A stretch of 60,769 bases of DNA, filler included, from Hausera hauseri (lineage: Eukaryota), in NCBI GenBank assembly GCA_046269625.1. It is 12 parts of 12 records of this genome, joined end to end, with 100 filler letters (N's around TTAATTAATTAA, not from the genome) between each part and the next. Parts side by side here need not be neighbours in the genome. Positions count along the whole stretch, not along the records: positions 47,844 to 53,014 come from JBJURY010316607.1; positions 53,115 to 60,769 come from JBJURY010002791.1; 10 more parts are not named here. The stretch is one strand, 5' to 3'. The position numbers were made by a program, and so were the translations under genes. The notes under the pieces are model-generated. The model was not told the DNA's origin. It saw nothing but the letters and a program-made list of their open reading frames with translations, and searched no databases. This document shows, piece by piece, positions 50,640 through 60,769 of the stretch; the stretch's first letter is position 1; each line of letters opens with the position of its first letter.

Positions 50640-50993
50640 TGTCGGTTCTGCCCCACCCCCCAAGGTGCCGCTAGGCACCGTTGCTATGCACATTTTTGCA
50701 CTTTTGACAAATCGATCGCTGAACAATGCAGTATTGATCGAATCGATCGGGACAAATTGCTAATCGATAGAGCACATCGAGGCGCATCGATTGGTGCACT
50801 TTCCAGGTGTGCAGCACATGTGCAGGTGTGCAAAAATCAATAATATTTGATTTCCGATAAATCTAAAATCGATGATTATCACTCGGCACCGGATGCTATG
50901 GGTAGCACACATGACGGGTTATGTGAATGTGCAGTTGTAATTTAAATCGATTGATTGGTTTTAGAATAATTTAAAAATGGGGCAGAACCGCCA
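50640..50993. repeat. 354-bp element with 16-bp terminal inverted repeats, likely an LTR related to the one at 13151
   Basis: TGTCGGTTCTGCCCCA...TGGGGCAGAACCGCCA (15/16 inverted). Its start and ATCGAT/TGCAC-rich composition resemble TGGCGGTTTGGGCCCACCCC at 13151. No TSD seen. Confidence 0.7.
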
Positions 50994-51349
50994 CAGGCCG
51001 TCCGCTATAAATTTTAAATCAATAATCTCAATGTGGCACATACTGGCGTATGCAGTAGACGATATACTTTCGACCAGTGCAAAACTCGAGTGTGGTGTGC
51101 ACTTAAATACGGATGCCAGGGCACTTTTTCACTTTTCACACTTTTGCAGTTGTGCAGCGTAGGATTAATGGAATTGATCGGAATCCATGCAGGTGGATAG
51201 AGCATATGGATTAGCACTCGGCATTGGGTGCATTCGAACACAAACACGGTGTAGTATATAAATGTGCAGTTAGAATTTAAATTTATCGATTAGTTATCGA
51301 TTAATATCGATTGAAAGTGCAAATTAGTTATATTTTCAACATGTTTTTA

Positions 51350-52850
51350 AGCCGTAGGAAGCAAAATTCGATCCAACATTGAACGGGACAGATAGGAAAT
51401 CGACTATGGCAAACTCGAATATCGGGTCGAAAGTTCGAAATTCGAAGATTTTGGAGCTCGAATATCGAAGTTCAAACTATTCGAAAAATCTAACAGCGGA
51501 AGTCGATTCCCCGTATTCGAAAACCCATATGTACATAAAAATTATTCCATGAAAATGTACTATATAGGCATAAAATCAATATTTCGAATTAAGCAAAATG
51601 TGCATTTGAAGCCCAGTGAAGCGGAAATCGATAAATCTAATAGCGGGACAAGATAGGAAGTCATGCATGCTGAATCGGAACATGATGTTATATATTCTAA
51701 TTCGAGCTCACAAGTCGAATACCTAGCTATTCGAACTCGAAACTCGGTCAAGCATGCATTATTCGAAGAATCTAATGACGCCATTCGATTCCCCATGGGC
51801 GAAAACTTACAGGCAATCAATATTAGTGCGGTGCAGTGCACCGCAATGTATTAAAACAAGGTTTAATTACAAGTAAAAAGTACATAAAAATACTAAGTAA
51901 TTAAACGGTGCTTATTTCGATTTCACAATTGACGGTGAAATTTGAGGTGAAGCACACTAAAATCGATAAATCCTTAAGTGCACATAGATAGAAAACCATA
52001 TATGGAGAATCTGAATCCGATGTCAGATATTTGAATACATTATTTTAAATCGAATATTTATCGATTCGAACTCGAAAACTATATCAATTGTGCATTATTC
52101 GATGAATCTGATGGTTTTAATCGATTCTCCATCTGTGAAAACCTTGTATAAAAAATAAAATGCACCACGTTCGATGAATCCTTACCGAGTAAATTAACAT
52201 TGAAAATTTCATAAGTACGTGTGTGTCTGTGTGCACGCGCGCTTTAATTACCTTGATTTTTAAGGTGAGGGGTGCAATAATCGATAAATCTTTAAGCGTA
52301 GATAGATAGGAAATCATGTATGAGGAGTTCGAATATGACGTCAGAACTTCGAATATCGGTTCACAAGTCGAATACTCGAAAAATCGATAAATTCCAGTGC
52401 GCCTATGTTGCTTCACTGTGAATTTCATATGATGATGATGAATCAAATTTGGCGGGTTTATTAATTTTATTCAATTGATGCATTAAAACAAAAATACAGT
52501 ATGTTAGCAATACAAATGCAATATCACGGCAATACATAATTACAGATTCATACATGTGTGATTTATCTTGTCTTTTGTTTGAATTAATCAAATTTCAAAA
52601 TGTGACAAGTTCATGCAATTGATGCATTAAAGCAAAAATGCATTATGTTGACAATGCAACGTGTTGAAAACAATATTCAGTGCCGAATTTACCCTACCAT
52701 TAAAAATTATTTACTTTCATCACATGCGTGTTTTAGTGCATCAATAATCAAATGGAGAATCCTGTTTACAAGTCGAAAACTTGAAAATCGATAAAGGGCG
52801 ACGTTTCACTGTGAATGTCAAGATGGTGAATCAAATTTAGCGGATAAATC
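51350..52850 (+). repeat. Diverged tandem array (about 260-340-bp period, at least 4 units), TCGA-rich
   Basis: The core aatcgataaatc...agatagRaa...tcgaata recurs near 51370 (degenerate), 51627, 51961 and 52279. Confidence 0.65.
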
Positions 52851-53114
52851 AATTTAATTGGTACATTAAAACAACACGTTGGTAGTACAAGTATAATATG
52901 TTGGCAGCAATAAGCGGTGCTTAGTTTACACTACCATTAGAGGGAACTAGTGAGAGAATACATCAGGATTGCAGGGAAGAAAGGAAATATACAAAAAAAT
53001 AAGGAATTATGAGGNNNNNNNNNNNNNNNNNNNNNNNNNNNNNNNNNNNNNNNNNNNNTTAATTAATTAANNNNNNNNNNNNNNNNNNNNNNNNNNNNNN
53101 NNNNNNNNNNNNNN

Positions 53115-55763
53115 GACCGAATAGCATAAACAAGTACTCGTAGAGGCCAAAAAGATTAGTGACGGCGGTCTTTTCTATGTTTTTGTGTGCGACTGGTATT
53201 TGATGTTATGCTTTGGCCAAATCAATGGTCGAATAAATTGTGGTTAAATTAAGGCGATGCAAGATATCCTTAATTAGTGGCAGGGGGTACGCATCCATAA
53301 TTGTCAAGTTGTTCAACTGGCGGTAATTACCGCATAGTCTAAAAGTTCCGTCCTTTTTGTACAACATGTAAAGGTGACGACCAAGGATATTTGGAACAGC
53401 GTACAATGCCGGAGCGTTCTAGTTCAAGAAATTTGGCTCCTACGGCCTGCCTATGACGAGGTAACAGTGGTCGTACCTTTTGGCGTATTGGTCGTTGATG
53501 CTGTTTAATTATGTGATATACATTGTTGTTTGCAGGCGTAAACGTGCGATCTCTTTTGAGTATTCGTGGACATGATGTGTTGACAAACTGCTGTAAATTT
53601 GTAGGCAACTGTGAGAGATTCGGTGATGATGGTGAAACTGCTTGAGTAGTAGCGGATGCAATTTGTGAATTGTTTGGTGATGTTCAGTCAAGTGGTATTT
53701 AATATAAGATAGTCGAATTGAAAATGGTGTTGGATGAAGTGATTTCGCCGAGTGAATTAACGTTGGTGACAGTACCACAATTAGCGACATCGAACCTCGT
53801 TTAAATATCAATATTATTATTTAAGAATTTACGAAATGAATTATTGTTACAAAAAATCCGATTATATTCTGATTTTCTCAAAAGTGATCTCCACGTCTCG
53901 ATCGACTGCACGGTAGTCGAAATGCTATTGACATGCTCAGCAATGCAGCCAGTGATGCCGCTCCTCAGACATCGTTGACTGTAGTCAACCAATAAATTCT
54001 AATGCGATAGAAAATCGGACCCTAGAATTGCCGTCTGGACGTTAGCAACTGTGAACGTCCAGTGGAAAGGTGAAGGAATTTTTGGTAAGATAAAAGATAG
54101 TTTAGCCATGCCATAAATGTGCAGCGGTCGACCTGAAGCGGTGTATAAGGGCTTAATTCTGAATGGTGAATTTTGTACAGGGAAAGTTTGTGGTAATAAG
54201 GAAATCGCTGCACCTGTATCAATGAGGAAGTCAACGGATTGCGTTGTAGGAGCGGTGATTGCAGCCTTTAGAGTAAAAACAGCAAAAGAGGCGTGTCGGC
54301 ATTCAGAAAGTGAAGTACTGCCTTTGCCAGAGTTTGCCGTGACTTCTGGCGGCAAATTTAGTTTTTTTGAGAAGGTAAACTAGGAAGACTATTAGAAGGA
54401 AAGGTAGTTCGTCCGTCGTTCGTGTCTGGTTTGAAGGTGCAGCCTGGAATGCATTTACGGGCTTGATTTTAGACTTTGCGTGGTAAATGCAAACAACGGT
54501 GTCTGAAGAAAAACTATTATTATAAAATTTGCACCCTAGGCAGCATTTTTTGGCATTTTTATTTATCTACTCTGATAGTAGCATATAGACGAACGCGCAG
54601 GCCATGGTGACCGGTTTCTAGATGCACGAGGGGCGCGGTCAGTAGCAAAATCCCTTCGCCGGGACAGGGAAAGCTCGTTTAATTTGTTGTTTATATTGTT
54701 AATTGTTGCGTGTAGTGCAATATTTTCAGCACGTAGCTGATTGAGTTGTTGTTCTATTGGTATGTTATTGGTTTGAATATCGTTAGGGGCAACTGCCGCC
54801 GAAACGACTGGTGGGGAATGTAAGTGTAGAACATCATGTGTTTTATCGGCTAATTCGGCCAATTTTTCAAGAACCGTGGAGTCCTTCACCACGGTAAGTA
54901 GGCCCCGGATTTGGATGGGTAACGCGTTAAGAAAGTAATGATGCAGTAATTCGGGGTTGTGTTCTTTAGTGACGCCGAGAGTGTGAAGATGTGCCAAAGA
55001 CATGCGTAAAAATTCTGATGGTCGTTGAGTGCCTATAGTATTGTCGTGGAAGAAGCGTTGTATGATCGTGTCCATTAAGGGTTCTGTGATTTTAAGAACA
55101 GCGTTGGAGAGCTGTGAGTATGGGTCAGGAAGTTCAAAGATTTCAAGGATGTTGTGAATTCGTAGTTTAATGTTGTTAGGGAGTAAGAAGAGGAGATTGT
55201 GTGCCTTGGTTAAAGGGTCGGTGATATTGTTTGCCTGTAGCCACAGTTGGTGGAATTGCAACCACGTTTTGCTGCAGCCTTGGTTGTCTATAAAGAATTC
55301 AGTGAAGTGAGGGAAAATAGTGGAAGAAGTAGTAGATGAAGGGTTATTAGCAGAAGTAGGAGTGAATTTTTGAAGCACTGTAACATATTTTGGTTTCGTG
55401 GTGGTTTTATCTGTGGTGTCTATGGTTGGCGATGAATTCATGCCACCACGGATGCGGAAGTGTATATGGAGTGGAAATAAGTTGAAGGAGGTTACAGGGT
55501 CCCAGCGATAGGTACTGTAGAGCCGTGGTTCGTGATGTAAAAGTCATATGAACGAAAAGTGGAGATGGCGTTGTAGATATCTGTAGTGTGTAAATGTTTG
55601 TTATTTAAAAAAGAATAGAGAAAATGACGTGGACGTATAGCCAGAGGCTTGTCGTGGGGCGTCATCGAACGGTGCCGTCCGACCCGATGGTGCAGGGTGG
55701 GTGGCCTGGACTTCAGCCACGCCGCGGCGAATCTCAAACTTCTGGGTGACCGAATTCCCCACA
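53115..55763 (-). mobile_element. CsRn1-like Gypsy copy C: about 111-bp LTR-like unit, Ubl-Gag, slippery site, protease, RT start
   Basis: TGTGGGG(55763)...CCCCACG(55653). MTPHDKPLAIRPRHFLYSFLNN...YDFYITNHG, frameshift, LFPLHIHFRIRGG|MNSSPT. 292-aa Gag ORF; FLIDTGA; CGNYRQLN. Confidence 0.92.
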
Positions 55764-56855
55764 GAAATGATAGATTCGGGACGCTTATTATCGGACATGT
55801 ATATTTGATGACTATTGGAATCACACGGTTTCACAGGTAAGGTATATTTTGTTTGCCCGTTTGTAAAACTCAAACATTCTCCCCCAGTGGAATATAAAAT
55901 AACGAGAATCCCGTTTCAACGACGAATAAAACTGACAACATGTCGGAATTTTTCTTTGATATCTGTCGATAAGTGTAACTTCACTTTGGCCGTATATTTT
56001 TGCTCTAAAAGTTGAGCACCAAGTATCAATGGCTGTGATATTAATGTTAACTTGGAGTACATATTGACTACTCGAAAGTTTTGCCTTTATAGATGATGTT
56101 GCTTATAAACGTATATTTTATAGGATATTTGAGTGCGATAAAGCAGCATTAACCATGAGTAGAAACCTAACAACTTGACTATGCACAATACTTTTGACTT
56201 TTTCGTCGAAAAATATTAAAGAAACTCTAGCAGACCCTGTTTTCTAGTCGCTGACTAACTGCGTATAACATTGAAGTTCTTGCTGCTCCACATTTCCAAT
56301 CAACACTGGTGTTGAATATTCTGACTCAGTCCACGTAATAAATTTTAGAACACCTTGTGTATCGCTATTTAAACCCGATTCATGTATTTACCATTCAAAT
56401 GATGAATCGTCCAACGTGGAGAACGTTAGCGAATTCATCGGAAACCCTGGCGATAAAAGCTTCTGGAGTTGCATGTAAATATAACTCCTGTGTTCGGGAT
56501 TCAACCGGTAGATGCGTAATGTCGTCAACTATGACGTTACAATTTACAATATGACCGGTAGCAGTGCTTTTGGTGTAACTTGTAGCTGTTGCACGATAAA
56601 TTAATTGCCAAACAGGAGTAGCAGCATCCTCATAGGAATATTTTGCATCCGAAATTAACAGTGATATTGTTGCCACTTCGATGGTGCTTGAAGACCATGC
56701 ATGACAAATGAAAGATGAGCCTCGTATCGTATAATTTATTGTGTAAAAGTACTTCTGGGTAAACGAATCTTTGAAACACTTAATTTAAATTCGATTCCTT
56801 TTGTTACGTGTACATATACGAAAAAACGTACCAATAAAATTTCAGTAGGGCTCAT
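55764..56855 (-). pseudogene. NUP210: Nucleoporin NUP210/gp210 N-terminal pseudogene fragment (no evident introns, many lesions)
   Basis: Signal-like MSPTEILLVRFF; KLSVSKIRLP; INYTIRGS..CHAWSSSTIEVATI; TGHIVNCNVIVDDITHLPVESRTQELYL; TFSTLDDSSFEW; LVSD*KTGSARV; QIYMSDNKR. Colinear with the gp210 N-terminus as recalled and ends exactly at the LTR TG. Confidence 0.85.
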
Positions 56856-57934
56856 GATAAAATTTATGAAATAAATGAAAATAGATCCTTTTGTCAAATT
56901 ATACAAAAATAAGAACATTACAGTGCTCCGGTCTACACGGTCCGTCTCTGTACGCTGTCGGCAAGTATCTATGATTGTTGCATCTGACTGCCGCAGAATA
57001 TTTGACTGTACTTTTTGACACCATTTATTGGATATTATGTTGATTGAACAAACGAAATCTGGACATTGGTTCGTTTTTCGACAATAGGCAAATCGAATGC
57101 GCATAACATATCTGTTATTAAACTTTCCGCAAGGAAAAATTTTCCTTTGATGTAAAATTCAGTGACTAAAAATATTGGGTCGAACTGAATTATATGGCCG
57201 AATGAATAATCAGAAATTCCCGTTATCGTGCAAATTGACATGCAAGAAGTATATTGAACACTTATAAATCCATTCATACAAACAGATTGAATATCAAAAG
57301 TCTGCAAATAGAAATTGAAAAAAAAAACAAATTGTTCACAATGGAAAACGCCATTCAAATTTTCATAAACAAGATTTTTATTTATTTACATTTTTTAAAC
57401 AAAATAATTACAAACAAGTCAACAAGTATTGGCAATTTCGGTAACCGTGCATTATCCTCACCTTGCAGCGTCAACTTCCATATTTATCCCTTTTGGAATG
57501 AGCATTTTCAAGGAATTATTGGGAAATCCATCAAACGCCCGTCAAACGACAAATGACCTTTTTCCAATCGACAATCCGAATGTATTTCCATCTTCAGACA
57601 GAATTGACATTTTAATATTCGGCGGACGATACAAACTAATCGTAGTTCTCTATAAATGTAAATAATACTTTGCATGTCCCGAATTAAAATTATTTGCACC
57701 AATTGGCGAATAATCAGTGGAAAAATTACGGTTTTGTGCTGTTCGATGAAACCGGAAGAACATTTCCGTTTGAAAATCATTTACAATCAAACCAATAACT
57801 TCAAATGTTTTTTTCGTAAAACATCATCGAGTTAAGTTGTAAATCCAGGAAAGACATATCTTATCCATGTAATTTGATTTGGAAGAATTCATTCGACATA
57901 AAAAATAGAATGAAACTCGTGATTGACAAAATCA

Positions 57935-58200
57935 TCACGATGAAAAACAATTTCAAAACTATGTTGCTTAGCATCATTCGAACGAATCTGAGTTAGATTG
58001 TCCGACACAAGTGAAACACAATCAAACTTAGCATCCTTGTATGTAAAACTTGGTTTGACTAAAATGGATGGTTTCTCATTTACTGCATATAATTTCTCTA
58101 ATCTTTTAATTTCGTTGTCCGTCAACGGTGGTGTAATTGGAGTAATTTTTAACTCCTGCTTGATTATCTGGCTCAGATTTTTGACTGATTTTCTTGGCAA
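57935..58200 (-). pseudogene. CCAR1: CCAR1/DBC1-like gene fragment
   Basis: LEKLYAVNEKPSILVKPSFTYKDAKFDCVSLVSDNLTQIRSNDAKQHSFEIVF resembles CCAR1 RYILPDEPAIIVHPNWAAKSGKFDCSIMSLSVLLDYRLEDNKEHSFEVSL as recalled. Confidence 0.62.
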
Positions 58201-58400
58201 GATTTAAAAGTATGCTTATTGTGCAGAAAAGATGTTTTTGTAAATGTAACAACCGCTCCAGGAAAATTTTACTGCACCAACTGTCAAAATTTGAGATGGG
58301 TAATGGATCACTTCTGCTTTCTCTGTATATTCATATAACAGTACCTGATTCTGTAGAAATGCTCTGTGTGTATTTAGAGACGATTTTGCCATAGAGAAAT

Positions 58401-60726
58401 TGTGAAATTTTCGAGGCGGAAGATCGGGCCAGACTATGGATCCGACGCGGCGATAACGGACATCCGGCCGCGCCCAACCAAAATGGGCCAAAGGGCACCG
58501 GCCGCGGTGGGCACCACACCACTGCTATCGAAAAACTGGCCATAATGACTGACAAATGCTTTGGGATTCTCCATACCAATAATTGGCTCCAAATTGTGGC
58601 TGAAACCACATGTGCTCCAACTACAGACATAACATTATTCATTCAACAATTTCAAATGATGCAGCAACAGTTTGACAAGTTACAGTAGTCAATTTCGGCC
58701 ACTACTACCCAACTAAACAATCTTAATGGGCCTCGACGAAGTGATATCAGACCTTCAAGGGAGCGAAGCACTTCGAGACACTCTACTCAATCCGTTTCAC
58801 CTGGCGAGCATATGACGTGATTCTATCACACGCAATCTCGACGGGATGCAAGGAAATGCCTCTTGGGTTGTCAATTCTACAGCGAACAATACGCTGCGGA
58901 CAACCCTATTTGCATCTACCACAACAAGTATTAGTCACAGGTCAGAACATGTATGCCTGGTTGCAAACACTACAAAAATAAATTTCCTCCTTTTTCTTCC
59001 CCTTCTTCCTTTTCTCCAAATTCTTCAAAAAACAAATAATGCCGCTAGATTTTACGGCACATTCTGGCGCAGGCAATACCGCTCAATCTTCTGGCCGTTT
59101 CAACACCGCCTCCGCAGTCTTCCTAATGAAAGCTGCACTGTTACGCAGAGATACCCCACATATCAACTTTCTAATAGGTTTAGGAGCTGCCTTTTCACTC
59201 CGTCCGTTGTCCTTCACTCCTACATCCACAATAATTTCCTGTACTCCGCTTTTCACTGCCAGTGGACAACCCTTGCATGTTGCAGGAACCACGAAACTGA
59301 CTTTACCTTTCGCCAACTTGCCAGATACGTTTGTCTGGAAGTTCCACGTGCCAATATTAAATCTCTCATAATAGGCTCAGATTTTCTTGCCGCACATGAT
59401 CTTATGGTTGATTGCAAATACGGCTGTCTTCTAAGCAGGAACTCGATCGCAATTCCAAACATGTGCCTCGCAGACAATATAGCGAACAATTCATTGCACT
59501 CATGTGTAAATATGTTTAACGCTTCATCATCTATAAAAAAACTTCAGATAAAGTAGGTATTCCTTCAATTATGAACGATAATCATAAGTCTATTCTAAAA
59601 CAAAAATCCAAATTAGGTGTCGACAGTAGCGATGCAAGTTGCTTTTCATCAATCACTGCAGCTATTCTTTCCAATGATATGCCTCAATCATTCTTAGGTC
59701 TAGACTCCTATCTTAAATTATACATCAGTGCCATGCTTTCGCATATTTAAAAGAGACATCAACTTTAAGCCTCCATCCACAACTTATCATCACATAGTAA
59801 CAGAGCATCAGAGGCCGATCAAAGAAAAGGTCAGACCTTTGTCGCCACACAGACGTAAAGCTGTGGAACAGGAATTCAATGAACTTCAAAAGTCTGGAAT
59901 CATTCGGGCTTCTCCTATTCATGTAATAATAAAGAAAGATGGTACCTATAGGCCATGTGGCGACTATCGACAATTAAATAATCTTACTATTATAGATGCC
60001 TATCCACTACCACCCATTAACGTCATTCTTTATAGACTCAATAACACCAATACCTATTCTACCATTGATCTGCACAAGGCCTACCATCAAATTCCTGTTG
60101 CCGCTGATGACAATCCAAAAACTGCTGTCATCACACCATTTGGTCTTTATGAATATATCTTCATGCCTTTCGCCCTACGTAGCGCATCTCAGACCTTTCA
60201 GCGCCATATTGACACCGTTCCCCCAGGTCTTGATTTTTCTCACTCATACACAGATGACATATTAGACTCTTCCAGCTCCATCTAACAACATCATGAGCAC
60301 CTTAGAATTATTTTCCATAGATTGCATCAGAGCAACCTGCAAACTAATTTCTCCAAATGCAGTTTCTTGCAGAAACGCGTGAATTTCTTAGGCCACATAA
60401 TTACTCCCGAAGGTCATTCGCCCCAGCCTGATCGCTTACAACAATGAAAAAATGTGACGTTACCAACTACTACTATCGATATGAGGAGTTTTCCAGGGAC
60501 ATTGCATTTCGTACACAAATACGTCCCATACTGCTCCGAACTAACGGCACCTTTCGCACACATTTCAACCGGGAAGAAAAGACAATTAATCCGTTGGACT
60601 CCTCATCTAGTAAATCAATTTGATCGCCTTTGTGAGGGCCTAAAAACCGTTGAAATCTTGGCTTTTCCAAAACCAAACGCGGAACTAATATTAACTACCG
60701 ATGCCTCAACCACAGCCACTGGTGCG
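58401..60726 (+). mobile_element. CsRn1-like Gypsy copy E: 118-bp TG..CA unit joined to mid-Gag, tandem CHCC, protease, RT, RNase H start
   Basis: TAIEKLAIMTDK begins immediately after CA (58518). AAAAAAC at 59027; RPCGDYRQLN; YTDD; LTTDAST. Interrupted at 60727 by TGTGGTGCCCAC. Confidence 0.9.
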
Positions 60727-60769
60727 TGTGGTGCCCACATTCACCCAATGGGTGAATTGACGAAAACAC

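Overview
This is eukaryotic (metazoan) repeat-rich DNA, not prokaryotic. The window is 12 short contigs (about 4.2-7.7 kb) joined by an artificial 100-nt spacer (N44-TTAATTAATTAA-N44), so adjacency across gaps means nothing. Almost everything is decayed mobile DNA: (i) seven fragments of a CsRn1-like Ty3/Gypsy family, (ii) three copies of a second Ty3/Gypsy family with four Gag zinc knuckles, (iii) two other Ty3/Gypsy elements, one nearly intact, (iv) a piggyBac remnant, and (v) two Polinton/adintovirus-type protein-primed polymerase B pseudogenes. It also holds a divergent intronless TBP-like ORF with its own CCAAT/TATA promoter, decayed host-gene fragments (NUP210, TMEM131, probably CCAR1), and one contig that looks like teleost DNA (V-SINE, Tc1 end, low CpG). 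Main discovery: all four CsRn1-like copies that retain their 5' end encode a ubiquitin-like domain ending in a di-glycine (PRVSGG, IRIRGG, YRLLGG, FRIRGG) fused directly to the N-terminus of Gag. The same family shows short GC-rich TG...CA terminal units with no tRNA primer site and possible self-priming, tandem CHCC zinc motifs, and a conserved AAAAAAC slippery site plus pseudoknot. All calls come from manual translation and motif recognition; no database search was run. Some frameshifts could be sequencing errors.
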